Positions 53,194-62,927 are shown, counted from the stretch's first letter. The stretch is 64,000 nucleotides of DNA from Vicinamibacterales bacterium (GCA_050742535.1 JBOGIQ010000003.1:1368-65367), one strand, 5' to 3'. Numbers and translations are program-made. The notes: a model not told the origin generated them from the sequence alone.

Positions 53194-54215
53194 CGACGAT
53201 CAGAAGCTTTCCTGTGATCCAGGTGAGTGAGAACTTGACCAGCTGATCCGAAATGCCGAGGCCCCGCGAGGCGGGACCAGAAGATGCCTCGCGAGCCGGA
53301 GGTCTCTCCGTCATGCTCGCCAGGTCTGGGACCTCGTTGGTGTTTGGTGCGAGTAGTCATCCAGATATCCTGGCTGCCGAATCCGCCCGGGCGGGCTGCT
53401 TGAAAAAACAGCGTTCGACGGTCTGACGAAATGTAAGGCTGCACATCACCAAAGACGCTGTTCACGATCGGTCCCAGGTTCGTCGGCGGGGACCAGGCAT
53501 CGAACACCGTGCGGCGCGTGGCCACCCACAGGTCAACGCCGCCGACTGAGACAGGTCTGTCAGAGAAGAAGAAGATCTCGAGCCCATCGAACCTGATCGA
53601 TGGATGCTGCTCGATTCCAAGGCTACTCAGCTCCGCCACCAGACTCGCCGGGCCGAACGTTCCGATGAAGAGCTCGCTGACGTAGATGTCGGTGCCGCCG
53701 ATTCCGCCCGGTCGGGCGCTGTGGAAGAAGAGCTGTGGCACACCGCCGTCATTGTTCGCGAAGTAACTGGGTGCGCCGTCGTTGAAGGCTGAATTGACGT
53801 CAGCACCGAGGTTCACCGCGGGCTGCCAGCCAAAGGGGTCGTGCGTGTGCTGACGATACGACGCCCAGATGTCATTGCTTCCGAAACCGCCGGGGCGATC
53901 GCTCGCGAAGAACAGCCAGTGCTCATCGCGGGACAAGGCGGCGACCGCCTCGATGCTGGGCGTGTTGATCACCCCGCCGAGGTGGATCGGAGCCCCCCAT
54001 GGCGCACCCTCGCTGGCACGTTGTGAAACCCAGAAGTCGGTCGAGCCCTCTCCACCTGGGCGGTCGGAGTGGAAGTAGAGGCTCAATCCATCCTTGGAAA
54101 TGGCGGGGCCGCCCTCGGCGAACACAGAATTGACGACCGGCCCAAGGTTCACCGGCGCGGACCAGTTCGAGTAGCCAGGCGCGGCGTTTGGGGACGACGT
54201 AATGAGCGTGACCAA
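53190..54215 (-). CDS. PD40 (TolB-like) beta-propeller repeat protein, apparently 5'-truncated
   Basis: Six to seven repeats of the (L/I)(F/Y)F.S.RPGG.G..D(I/F)W type. No signal peptide or convincing start. The upstream ORF extension to 54458 is antisense to an amidohydrolase fragment. Confidence 0.55.
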   Translation of the reverse strand: MVTLITSSPNAAPGYSNWSAPVNLGPVVNSVFAEGGPAISKDGLSLYFHSDRPGGEGSTDFWVSQRASEGAPWGAPIHLGGVINTPSIEAVAALSRDEHWLFFASDRPGGFGSNDIWASYRQHTHDPFGWQPAVNLGADVNSAFNDGAPSYFANNDGGVPQLFFHSARPGGIGGTDIYVSELFIGTFGPASLVAELSSLGIEQHPSIRFDGLEIFFFSDRPVSVGGVDLWVATRRTVFDAWSPPTNLGPIVNSVFGDVQPYISSDRRTLFFQAARPGGFGSQDIWMTTRTKHQRGPRPGEHDGETSGSRGIFWSRLAGPRHFGSAGQVLTHLDHRKASDRR

Positions 54216-54221
54216 GACGAT

Positions 54222-54360
54222 GAGACGGTCAACAAGGAGATCCCGATCGGCAGCCTGCGCTGGATCATCTCGCACATTCCCGCCTTCACATCGGAGCTCG
54301 CTGATCGCGCGAACGCGCTCGGCATCGGTGTCCTGGTCGGCTGGGGCCGACTCGCACCGG
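54222..54360 (+). pseudogene. Fragment duplicating an internal part of the amidohydrolase gene
   Basis: ETVNKEIPIGSLRWIISHIPAFTSELADRANALGIGVLVGWG compares with ETVNKEIPIGSLRWIISHIPAFTPELADRANALGIGLLVGWG in the intact gene. The fragment is ~90% identical at DNA level to 52684-52823, same orientation. Confidence 0.85.
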
Positions 54361-54685
54361 ACGAGCCTGGGCGCGAGCGACGTGTGAGCGGCGTGATCAG
54401 CAAAGACGGTAAATCGGGCCCGCAGGCACTGCTGCGACGGCGCCGCAGCTATTGCCACTGGCGTCCGAGGCGGCTGGTTACCGACACGATTCGAAGGCTG
54501 TCGCCCGGATCATTTAAGGCGGCGGCGGTGTCGTCAGTCCACGCCGGAGGGTCCGATTTTCCACGTCGCGAACCGGAGCCGCGAACAGGCTCGTCCGGTG
54601 CGGCTCTTCACGTGCTCGCACCAGAGTTTTAAGGGCGCGCCAGGCGCATGCGAGGGCTAGCCAAAATCGAAAATCGCGCTAGCGA

Positions 54686-55078
54686 CTAATCCCACTCCAA
54701 CTCCACTCCATGCCCTCTCGTCTTGTCGCCGTGCAGCGGCGTCACGAACCCGAGGAGACAGCCGGCGCTGCCGTCCCTGAGCGGATGGCAGCGAACCTTG
54801 ATGGGATCGCCGACGCGCACATCCTCCTTCTTGACGCCCTTCAGGTAGATGGTCTGAGGGTTGGTCGCCTCGAGGGCCCAGGTCTTCGTCTCGCCCTTTG
54901 CGTTCTTGACGTCGAGGTGGACGATCGAGTGCGGGGAGATCAGGACGACCAGTTTCACGACGCCTTCCATCACCGTCCATCGGGAGATGTCGTAATTGCC
55001 ATGCGAGTGATGGGCCGCAGGAGAGGCGGTCAGGCAGGTCGCACAGACGAGGGCGGTGCCGAGGGCCTTGAACACCAT
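54686..55078 (-). CDS. DUF6152-like small secreted protein (130 aa)
   Basis: Signal peptide, then AAHHSHGNYDISRWTVMEGVVKLVVLISPHSIVHLDV. Confidence 0.65.
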   Translation of the reverse strand: MVFKALGTALVCATCLTASPAAHHSHGNYDISRWTVMEGVVKLVVLISPHSIVHLDVKNAKGETKTWALEATNPQTIYLKGVKKEDVRVGDPIKVRCHPLRDGSAGCLLGFVTPLHGDKTRGHGVELEWD

Positions 55079-55088
55079 GGCTGCCTCC

Positions 55089-55805
55089 TTATCGCGGCGG
55101 TCGAACGACGCCGTCGATCGACGTCGTCAGGTCCCGCAGTGTGAACGGTGGACGTTCGCGCGGAAACGCCCATTCCCCGTATCCTTCGGTGTAGATGGTC
55201 CGATAGCGGATGGCGAGCCCCTGCTCGTCGGCCCATGCCAGCGACTGCATGAACAGGATCGGCTCCGGCGTTCCGGAACCGACGGTGGCTTCGTGAATGT
55301 AGAGACGGCCGGCGTGCTGATGGATCGCCGCGTAGGTGCGCGATCGATCGGCGTTCGTCATCTGGAGCAGGCGCCCTGAGACGAGCTCGATGAAGTAGTA
55401 CATGTAGTGCGTCATCTTCACGCCGTCGCGCTTGATGTAGCTCCACACCGCATGGTCGGTCGCGCCGGCGACATCCAGACGGAAGTCGTTCTGGCACGTG
55501 TCGCCGTCCTGTTGATTCGCCCCCTTTGCCGCCAGGCACTTCGCCACTCGAGCGGCGTGCAGCTTCTCGAGGCCGCGATAGTCGACGACGGTCGTGGAGT
55601 AGCGGCCGAACGCATCGTTCGCGCGGTAGACGCGCGCCGGCAGCGTCTGGCCGTATTCCGTCGGATATGTCGTGACGTCGAGTGCGGGTTGACCGGGATA
55701 GTTCGCGCTGAAGCCATCGTCGGTGCTGACGAAGCGCGCCCACTCCTGCGCGAAGGCTGGCCCCGGGAGGGACAGGATCACCACCGCCAATGGAATCCAC
55801 CGCAT
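55089..55805 (-). CDS. Hypothetical secreted protein (238 aa)
   Basis: GAGGAGG precedes ATG 55805. Signal MRWIPLAVVILSLPGPAFAQ. The longer 351-aa ORF is GC noise. Confidence 0.6.
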   Translation of the reverse strand: MRWIPLAVVILSLPGPAFAQEWARFVSTDDGFSANYPGQPALDVTTYPTEYGQTLPARVYRANDAFGRYSTTVVDYRGLEKLHAARVAKCLAAKGANQQDGDTCQNDFRLDVAGATDHAVWSYIKRDGVKMTHYMYYFIELVSGRLLQMTNADRSRTYAAIHQHAGRLYIHEATVGSGTPEPILFMQSLAWADEQGLAIRYRTIYTEGYGEWAFPRERPPFTLRDLTTSIDGVVRPPR

Positions 55806-55890
55806 GGTTTCCTCCTCAGCTGCTGACCGTGCCGGACGAGAGGCCGCGATTATAGCTAACGGCGCGTGGCGCAACGGCCGAAACGCTATC

Positions 55891-56814
55891 GTGGCCTCGC
55901 CTCGGGCGCTTTTCATTGTGGCAATGACCCTGGTTGCGGCCCACGCATCCGCGCAGGACGTGGCCATCACGCCACAGCTGCGCGCCGGCGACGAGTTCCG
56001 TCTGGAAGTCACGCGTATTCGGGAAAACTCTGCCCGGCCGCAGCAGAACAACAAGGGCCGTACCGTCGTCGATGTTCGCGTGGTATCCGCCACGCCGGAG
56101 GGTGTCGTCCTCGATTGGAAGCCCGGCGCGACGGCGCTCGACAATCCGCAGGCAGCTCAGGATCCAACGGTCGCCGCGGCCTCCGAGATCGTGCGCGACA
56201 TGGTGTTCCGCCTGACCTTGAACGCGGACGGAGAGATAACCGGCCTGGCGAATCAGGCGGAGATCGCACCGAAGCTGCAGGCGATGTTGGACAGGGTCGT
56301 TCAGGACTTGTCCGCCCGCCTCCCGGCGGAGCAACGCAAGGGGCTTCAAACTCTCATTGGCCAGGTGCTGTCGCCGCCGGCGCTCATCTCATCAGCCATT
56401 CGAGAGGCGGAGATCTATTTCGGGCTCAATGGCGTGTCGCTCGCGGCAGGCGAAGCGGTGGAAGTCGATCTCGAACAACCCAACCCGCTGGGTGGCGGTG
56501 TCATCCCCGCGAAGTTTCGAGTGGACATGGAATCAGCCACAAAGGATTCCGCGTCCATCAAGACAACCACGACGTATGACCCCGCCGCGCTGATCCGCAT
56601 GACGCAATCGCTGGCCGAACAGGCAGGAAAACCGATTCCTCCTGAAGAACTGGCCGCGATTCCGCCGCTGAAGATGAACGACGACGCTACGTACCTGTTC
56701 GATAGGACGGTGGGCTTGATGCGCGAGGTCTCGGCGAACCGTCTCGTGTCCGCCGGTGACATGCGCCGTTACGACGGCTGGCGGATACGGCTGCTGAGCG
56801 GCCCGAAACGTTGA
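55891..56814 (+). CDS. Hypothetical secreted protein (307 aa)
   Basis: GTG 55891 gives the signal VASPRALFIVAMTLVAAHASAQ. No recognisable domain. Confidence 0.5.
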   Translation: MASPRALFIVAMTLVAAHASAQDVAITPQLRAGDEFRLEVTRIRENSARPQQNNKGRTVVDVRVVSATPEGVVLDWKPGATALDNPQAAQDPTVAAASEIVRDMVFRLTLNADGEITGLANQAEIAPKLQAMLDRVVQDLSARLPAEQRKGLQTLIGQVLSPPALISSAIREAEIYFGLNGVSLAAGEAVEVDLEQPNPLGGGVIPAKFRVDMESATKDSASIKTTTTYDPAALIRMTQSLAEQAGKPIPPEELAAIPPLKMNDDATYLFDRTVGLMREVSANRLVSAGDMRRYDGWRIRLLSGPKR

Positions 56815-56830
56815 TCGTCAGTCGCCGCCA

Positions 56831-57247
56831 TTACTCGCCGACGAGCTGGATGACGATCTGTCTCCGACGCGGCTGAGTGTCGAGCTCCACGAGCACGATG
56901 TGCTGCCACGTGCCGAGCATCAGCTTCGTGCCGACGAAGGGAACGGCGACGGACGGACCGACCAGCGCGGCACGAACGTGGCTGGATCCGTTATCGTCCC
57001 CCCATCGTAAGTGATGCTGATAGTCACCTTCGCGCGGCGCAAGCCGCTGCAGCGCGCGGTCGAGATCCTGTACCACGCCTGATTCGAACTCGAGTGTCGT
57101 AACTCCCGCCGTCGAGCCGACGACAAAGATGGTGGCGACGCCTCCGGTCAGATTGGAGCCGGCGATCGCCTTCGCCACGATCGCCGTGAGATCCTGTGCG
57201 TCGCCCTGGCCTGCTGTCGAGACTTCATGAGTATGTGTCGATACCAT
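56831..57247 (-). CDS. yjbQ: YjbQ/UPF0047-family protein (secondary thiamine-phosphate synthase-like, 138 aa)
   Basis: GVATIFVVGSTAGVTTLEFESGVVQDL...L.RLAP....YQH........GSSHVRAALVGPSVAVPF..G.L.LGTWQ.IVLVELD..PR.R. Confidence 0.8.
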   Translation of the reverse strand: MVSTHTHEVSTAGQGDAQDLTAIVAKAIAGSNLTGGVATIFVVGSTAGVTTLEFESGVVQDLDRALQRLAPREGDYQHHLRWGDDNGSSHVRAALVGPSVAVPFVGTKLMLGTWQHIVLVELDTQPRRRQIVIQLVGE

Positions 57248-57309
57248 GCGAAATTCTGATCGAGCCGGGGGGTGGCTGGCTCGCGAGATCGAGTACGATT
57301 GCAGGCTCC

Positions 57310-58296
57310 GTGGCCATTTCCGGTCGCCGATTCTATCGAACGGCAAGGTCCGAACCAAAGCCCAGAGTCCTGCTCGTCGATGACCATCGGCAGCTTCTCG
57401 ATGCCGTGGCTGCGATGCTGTCCGACGACTTCAGCGTGGTCGGGACGCTGACCGATGGCCGGCAGGCCGTCGCCGCGGTGCCAGCCCTGCAACCCGATGT
57501 CATCGTGCTCGACGTCGATATGCCGGGACTCGATGGCTTTCAGACGTTAGAGGCGCTGCAGCAGGGTAGCGCACCGGCGGCACCGGTCGTGTTTCTGAGT
57601 GTGCACCAGTCCGACGACACCGTCCTGGCAGCCTTCCGTCGCGGAGGAAAGGGCTACGTGCAGAAGTCGCGCGCGGCGCGCGATCTGTCGACAGCCCTCG
57701 AACAGGCACTCCTCGGCCGGCTCTTCGTGCCGTCGCTCGAATCGCTGTCGGGCTTGGCGACCGGCGGCATGCACGCAATGCTTGTCCATGCGGGGTCGAA
57801 GCCGTTTCTCGACGGCCTTGCCAACTTCTTCCACCACGCGCTCCGCCGTGGCGATGCGACCTGCGCCATCGTCACGCAGCCGGTTCGCGACGCCCTGAAC
57901 GAGCGCCTCCGCGCGCGTGGCTGGGATACGTCGCGGCACCCGCGCTACCGGGTGTTCGACGCGTCAGAGGGGCTGCACCGAATGATGCGGAACGGGCGTC
58001 CCGACGCGGGTGTTGTGGCGGAGTTTGTTGGGGAGCTGGACGACTATCGCGCCACCTGTGCCGAAGGCGAGACCCCGCGTCTGACCCTCTTCGGCACCCT
58101 GGTCGTGGCGCTGGGTGAGCAAGGGAACACCGAGGCGATGCTCGCCGTCGAACGCACGTGGAGCACGCTGACCGGCGGGTTGCCGTTCTTGACGATCTGT
58201 GGGTACGAAACCTCGTGCTTTCATGACGACGTGCCCGGCCTGTGGCCGGCTGTCTGCGCCGAGCACGTAGTGCTGGGTCATGCGAGCGACGTCTGA
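57310..58296 (+). CDS. Response regulator receiver + MEDS-like domain protein
   Basis: RVLLVDDHRQL.......PDVIVLDVDMPGLDG......VVFLSVH......AFRRGGKGYVQK. The C-terminal half (DATCAIVTQP....TLFGTLV....FLTICGYE) resembles a MEDS sensory domain. The start is uncertain (GTG 57310). Confidence 0.65.
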   Translation: MAISGRRFYRTARSEPKPRVLLVDDHRQLLDAVAAMLSDDFSVVGTLTDGRQAVAAVPALQPDVIVLDVDMPGLDGFQTLEALQQGSAPAAPVVFLSVHQSDDTVLAAFRRGGKGYVQKSRAARDLSTALEQALLGRLFVPSLESLSGLATGGMHAMLVHAGSKPFLDGLANFFHHALRRGDATCAIVTQPVRDALNERLRARGWDTSRHPRYRVFDASEGLHRMMRNGRPDAGVVAEFVGELDDYRATCAEGETPRLTLFGTLVVALGEQGNTEAMLAVERTWSTLTGGLPFLTICGYETSCFHDDVPGLWPAVCAEHVVLGHASDV

Positions 58297-58299
58297 CGG

Positions 58300-59544
58300 A
58301 TGACCGTGGAATCGATCTCGTTCGACCCTGACCGCGTGACCGCGTTGCTGCAGACGCTCGAGCGCCTGGCGTCGGGCCAGGTCGACCTGCGCCTGCCGGT
58401 GTCGCCGCGCCACGATGGGCTCGACGCGATTGCGCATGGCATCAATGCCTTGGTGGGCGAGCTGGAGCGGGCCCATGCCCGTTCCCGCCAGGCGCAGGAC
58501 GCGCAGGCCGCTGAGCTGCGCATTGCTGTTGTCAATGCCCAGGCGCGGAGCGATGCCTTGCTCAGGGCCATTCCTGACCTCATGTTCGTTTTGGGGCGCG
58601 ATGGCACATATCTCGACTATCACGCTCGCGACGAGCGTCTCCTGTTCGTGCCGCCCGCGGCGTTCCTCGGCAGAACTATCACGGAGATCTTTCCGCCGCC
58701 GTGTGCCGCGACGATGATGGACGCGCTCGAGCGCGCCTGTGCGAGCGATGCCATCGTTGTCGTCGAGTACGAACTGCCGATGGACGAACCATGCTTCTAT
58801 GAGGCGCGGATCGTGCGTGTGGACGACAATCGCCTGCTGAGCATCGTCCGGGACGTCACCGAATCGAAGCGTGCATCGGAGATCAACCGCGATCTCGCGC
58901 GGCGCCTGCTCTCGCGCCAGGAGGACGAGTGGCAGCGGATCGCCCGCGAGCTGCACGACGACATCAGTCAACGCCTGGCGCTGCTGAACGTGGAGCTCGA
59001 CGCGGGCTCGGTCGAGCCCGACGCGGACGCGCTGCGCATGCGGCTGCGTCGGCTCTCATCACACGTAAGCGAGATCGCCAGAGACGTACACGATCTCTCG
59101 TACGAGCTCCATCCGTCACGGCTGCGGTCGCTTGGCCTGGTCACCTCGCTCCGGGCGTTGTGCGAGGACACCTCGTCGTGGCGCAACCTGCACGTGGTGT
59201 TCAGCCATGGCGAGATGCCGGCGGTGGATCCCGCGGTGTCGCTGTGTCTCTTCCGGATCGTGCAGGAGGCGCTGCACAACGTCGTCCGTCACAGCCAGGC
59301 CCACTCGGCGCAGGTGACGGTCCAGTGCGATGAGCGCGAGATCACGCTGGAGATTGCCGACTCGGGGGTCGGCTTCGACCCGGCGCACGTCCACCATGCG
59401 GGGCTCGGCCTCATCAGCATGCGCGAGCGCGTGGCCATCGTGAACGGTCAACTGGCGATCGACGCCGCACCCGGCGGCGGAGGTACACGGGTGACGGTCA
59501 GGATCCCGCTCGCGTCCGGGGTGCCGGTCGGAGCATCGATATGA
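58300..59544 (+). CDS. Cytoplasmic sensor histidine kinase, PAS + HisKA_3 + HATPase_c (414 aa)
   Basis: PAS-like LRAIPDLMFVLGRDGTYLDYH, H-box RIARELHDDISQRL, N/G boxes QEALHNVVRHS and DSGVGFD...GLGLISMRERV. Confidence 0.8.
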   Translation: MTVESISFDPDRVTALLQTLERLASGQVDLRLPVSPRHDGLDAIAHGINALVGELERAHARSRQAQDAQAAELRIAVVNAQARSDALLRAIPDLMFVLGRDGTYLDYHARDERLLFVPPAAFLGRTITEIFPPPCAATMMDALERACASDAIVVVEYELPMDEPCFYEARIVRVDDNRLLSIVRDVTESKRASEINRDLARRLLSRQEDEWQRIARELHDDISQRLALLNVELDAGSVEPDADALRMRLRRLSSHVSEIARDVHDLSYELHPSRLRSLGLVTSLRALCEDTSSWRNLHVVFSHGEMPAVDPAVSLCLFRIVQEALHNVVRHSQAHSAQVTVQCDEREITLEIADSGVGFDPAHVHHAGLGLISMRERVAIVNGQLAIDAAPGGGGTRVTVRIPLASGVPVGASI

Positions 59545-59548
59545 CGGG

Positions 59549-60622
59549 CTACATCACGACCTGCACCGTGGTGCTGCCGCTGACTCCTTCTGCCGTCGCG
59601 GTAATCGTCATCGGACCCAGGGCAGCAAAGTCACCGGCTGAGAATTCCGCGGTGGCGACACCCTGAGCATTGCTGCGTTGCACCTTCGTAAAGATGCCTC
59701 GCTCGACGCCGTTGACATCGACGGCTTTGAAGGTCACCACCGTGCCCTCGGTCGGCACGCCGATATCACGTACTAGCGTCGCAGTCACAGTAATGGGCGC
59801 GGAAGTAAAATCCGCGTGCACTGTCGCGCTGTTCGACGTGACAAGCACTTGCGTTGGGACCGCGCGGACGTATCGAACAGATGTCGTGGCGGAAACAGCG
59901 GGGCCTGCGTCGACACTGGCGGTGACGAAAGCCGTCCCCACGCCGCTCGACGGACCGCGCAGATAGGCGACGGCGCGATCGCCGCCATCAGCACTGACGA
60001 CGGTGGACGTCTTGCCTTCTTCCTCTTCGTCACCGGGGTCGCCGACGAATCGACCCAGCGTTGTCGTGAACGTGACGGCACGGCGCGCGGCGGGCAAGGT
60101 GGCCGAGATTTCCGCGATGATTGGCGTCACTGTTGCGCCATCCGCTGGTACCGTCGAATTCGAAGCCGATACCGTGATGAGCGCGCCGGCCGCGGCGGCG
60201 GTGAACGACACGGATACTGCGCGCGAGAGGCCAGCAACGTCCTTGACGCGTGCCGTGACGCGCGCCGATTCAACCGTGCGGGAGCTCCGCAAATCCACCG
60301 TGGCATTGCCGGTTGAGTCGACGGCGCGCTCGATCGTCGTCTGTTCCGGCGTTCCCGTCCCCGCGAAGGTTCCTGCCGTCGTCTCGAACACGATCGTCCG
60401 CTTCTCGGCGATCGCATCGGCCGTGATTGTTGCGGTCACCGCCACCGTCGAGAACCCGTTCGCCGGTACGGACGGCGCCGCAACCGACAGTGCCAGTGCA
60501 TCCGTGACGCTGGGCGACGTTGGCAGGAACTCCTCTTTCTGAAACCAGTCGCCGCATCCGGCGAACGCGATCGCCAACGACAGCGCAGTGCACCGAGCCG
60601 TCCATTTCACGGCGGCCTCCAT
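59549..60622 (-). CDS. Lipoprotein with about three Ig-like (BIG_1/invasin-type) repeats (357 aa)
   Basis: Lipobox LAIAFAGC. Repeated segments ....ANGFSTVAVTATIT / PADGATVTPIIAEIS / GTAFVTASV and TATAEFSAG. Confidence 0.65.
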   Translation of the reverse strand: MEAAVKWTARCTALSLAIAFAGCGDWFQKEEFLPTSPSVTDALALSVAAPSVPANGFSTVAVTATITADAIAEKRTIVFETTAGTFAGTGTPEQTTIERAVDSTGNATVDLRSSRTVESARVTARVKDVAGLSRAVSVSFTAAAAGALITVSASNSTVPADGATVTPIIAEISATLPAARRAVTFTTTLGRFVGDPGDEEEEGKTSTVVSADGGDRAVAYLRGPSSGVGTAFVTASVDAGPAVSATTSVRYVRAVPTQVLVTSNSATVHADFTSAPITVTATLVRDIGVPTEGTVVTFKAVDVNGVERGIFTKVQRSNAQGVATAEFSAGDFAALGPMTITATAEGVSGSTTVQVVM

Positions 60623-61026
60623 CAGACGAAATCGATGTCGATGCCGACGGGACATTCGATCGGTGGGACCGTCTGGCCGGCCAGCTGCTGCGGTGCGCCC
60701 TGCGCGTCGACTGCCTGGATAGAGACATCGATAAAGAGAATCGGCGAGAGACCGGCGCCAGGCAGTTGGCGCACCGTCAACGGCTGGTCGTACTCCCGTT
60801 GTCCTACCGTGACGGTCTCGATCGGTCCGACCACCACTTTGGGTTTGCTGGCGTGCGATGGAGGGTTGAACTCGTACGACGATTCAGGCCGGATCGTGTA
60901 CGTCGCCCGCAGGTTCGTCCCCGTGGCAATCGGATCGTGCGCCGTGAAGACGATCCGAATAGGGCCGCCCGCTTGAGGCATGGATCGGAAACGTGCCGCC
61001 GGATCGACTGTGACTCTGATGGGCAT
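60622..61026 (-). CDS. Hypothetical beta-rich protein (134 aa)
   Basis: Its TGA stop shares 1 nt with the ATG start of the downstream lipoprotein gene. It starts 5 nt after the upstream stop. No signal peptide or recognisable family. Confidence 0.5.
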   Translation of the reverse strand: MPIRVTVDPAARFRSMPQAGGPIRIVFTAHDPIATGTNLRATYTIRPESSYEFNPPSHASKPKVVVGPIETVTVGQREYDQPLTVRQLPGAGLSPILFIDVSIQAVDAQGAPQQLAGQTVPPIECPVGIDIDFV

Positions 61027-61031
61027 GGCAA

Positions 61032-62927
61032 CTACTCGCTTGGAGGTGGCGACCCTTGCGATCGCGGTGTGCCGGTGAAGCTCGACGTAAACAACCCTCG
61101 CAAATTCCAGTCAGCAGAGAGGCCGAAATACCAGGTGAAATGGGTACGCGGCTTCGGGTCGAGGAGCGGGTTCGCATCCTTGACCCTGAACATCACAATG
61201 CCGCCGTTCGCGCGGATGAGATCGGTCAGCCGCCAACCGGCGCCGATGAGCAGCGGCCGGTTGCCGATGACCCCTTCGATCGTCTGGGGGGAGTTCTCGA
61301 ACTGGTCGACAGTCTGGTCCTCCTCGAACGGATTCAGCGGGATGCCGAACGTGAAGGCGAACCGCTTCCGAAAGCTCTGGTCGCTCCACGTCAGTTTGGC
61401 GCGCCTGTTGACGGGCCCGATGTAGATATTCGTTCCGAGGTAGAAGAACGTCGAATCGATCGGATCGGCACGTGCGAGACCGATATCGGCGCTCACGTAT
61501 TGCCCGGCGCGCGTTTCCCAGTCGCTCGTCGTGTTGCCCTGGAAGGGAACGATCTCCGCTGCCACGCCGCTCGCCTGCTCGGCGAGAGCCGCGATCGCCT
61601 TATCGCGTTCTCCCAGGGCGCGCTGCAGTCTTTCGATCTCGAAGCGGACACTGGCGTAGGTCTGCCGCACTTCGTCCGCCAGTTTGGCCACCGCGTTCAA
61701 CTGGTCCGCCGTGAGTTTCAGTTGCGCGGTCGTCGCCAGCGCCGGTGTCCTGCCGAGAGTCGCCGCCAGATCGCGCAGTTGGGCGAACTCGGCCATGCTG
61801 AGGTCGATGACGCTGAGGCGGTCCGAGAGAGCGGCGCCGGTGCGTACCTGAGGCAGCGCCGGCGCCGTCAGGGCCGACGTCGGCGTCAGCCCTTCCGCAG
61901 CGGCGCGGACGATGTCTGCGCGTTCGGTAATCGTCAACGCGGACGACACGCCAGTCAATTGGAGAGCGAGTGCGGGCTCCGTCGCCCGAGCCTGCACCTG
62001 CAGCATCATCGTCCGGAAATTCACATCGTCGAGCAGGCGCTGGGCTGCAGCGGCGGCCGTAATGGATGCCGCGCCAATGCTCCGAATTGCCGCGACCTGG
62101 CGCGCCTGCGCCAACAGCGCTTCGGTGAACTGCTGGCGGAATGCCAGCGGAAGGCTTTCCGTCGGTGTATTCAGATCGAAAAACGCATTCGTGACCGGAA
62201 CGACCCGAATGGGAATGCCTTTGGCCGCACTCTTCATCTTCGCGATCCGCTCAATCATTTGCGCCGCTTGCTTGCGAAAAGCCGTGTACGCCGGAGCCTC
62301 GGCAAGCTTGGGCTCCACGCCGAACACCGTCTGCAGCGAGATGTCGATCCCTTCCATGACGGCGGCTCGCAATTCCTCCGGCTTGATGCGATAGGTCATC
62401 TCGAATTCGAAGCAGTAGTCTTCGTTCGGTTCGAGCGGATCGACGGAAAGTTCAAAGACCAGGCGCTGGCCGTTGTTGAACGGCTTGGTCTCTTCGATCT
62501 GTTGGATGCGAACTGCGTCATTGCGCGGCGTCGCCGCGGCGACGACTCCGCCGCTGCCCGGCTCCGCGGGTTTCGGCAGCACGAGATCACACGTTCGTGC
62601 GGCGCGCGTTTTCTTGCCGAAGCGGCCCTTTGCTGTAACCAAATCATCCGGTGCGTTGCCGACGAGGAAGAACTGCACGTCGAATGGCAGGGGAGTGAGG
62701 AATCGGCCGCGTTCGAGCACCAATGGCACTTCGGTTCCGGCATCGACGCCGCGCGCGCCGGTGCCTTGCGCCGGCGCTGAAGGTGGAACGCCGATGGCGA
62801 CTGCCACCGATAGAACGAATACTCGAACGTACGCGCGGCGCACCCGAACGGCGCGCCGACAGGCGACAGCAGCCACGTGGAGGAGGCGAGACTGCCGCAG
62901 TCTCGCCCCGCCGGCAAAAGTCAGCAT
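61032..62927 (-). CDS. Large envelope protein: N-terminal beta domain, long Ala/Leu-rich helical region, C-terminal beta-barrel-like region (~630 aa)
   Basis: Signal-like VFVLSVAVAIGVPPSAPAQG. Helical region with heptad-like AQLKLTADQLNAVAKLADEVRQTYASVRFEIERLQRALGERDKAIAAL. The C-terminus has alternating hydrophobic strands (FFYLGTNIYIG, FAFTFGIPL, LLIGAGWRL, FTWYFGLSADWNL). The start is uncertain (ORF open to 63026). Confidence 0.55.
   Translation of the reverse strand: MLTFAGGARLRQSRLLHVAAVACRRAVRVRRAYVRVFVLSVAVAIGVPPSAPAQGTGARGVDAGTEVPLVLERGRFLTPLPFDVQFFLVGNAPDDLVTAKGRFGKKTRAARTCDLVLPKPAEPGSGGVVAAATPRNDAVRIQQIEETKPFNNGQRLVFELSVDPLEPNEDYCFEFEMTYRIKPEELRAAVMEGIDISLQTVFGVEPKLAEAPAYTAFRKQAAQMIERIAKMKSAAKGIPIRVVPVTNAFFDLNTPTESLPLAFRQQFTEALLAQARQVAAIRSIGAASITAAAAAQRLLDDVNFRTMMLQVQARATEPALALQLTGVSSALTITERADIVRAAAEGLTPTSALTAPALPQVRTGAALSDRLSVIDLSMAEFAQLRDLAATLGRTPALATTAQLKLTADQLNAVAKLADEVRQTYASVRFEIERLQRALGERDKAIAALAEQASGVAAEIVPFQGNTTSDWETRAGQYVSADIGLARADPIDSTFFYLGTNIYIGPVNRRAKLTWSDQSFRKRFAFTFGIPLNPFEEDQTVDQFENSPQTIEGVIGNRPLLIGAGWRLTDLIRANGGIVMFRVKDANPLLDPKPRTHFTWYFGLSADWNLRGLFTSSFTGTPRSQGSPPPSE

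Noticed and set aside
53190-54458. Full 422-aa reading of the PD40 ORF including its N-terminal 80 aa.
   Set aside because: The N-terminal extension is the antisense translation of the duplicated amidohydrolase fragment (54222-54360), so it is not a genuine leader.
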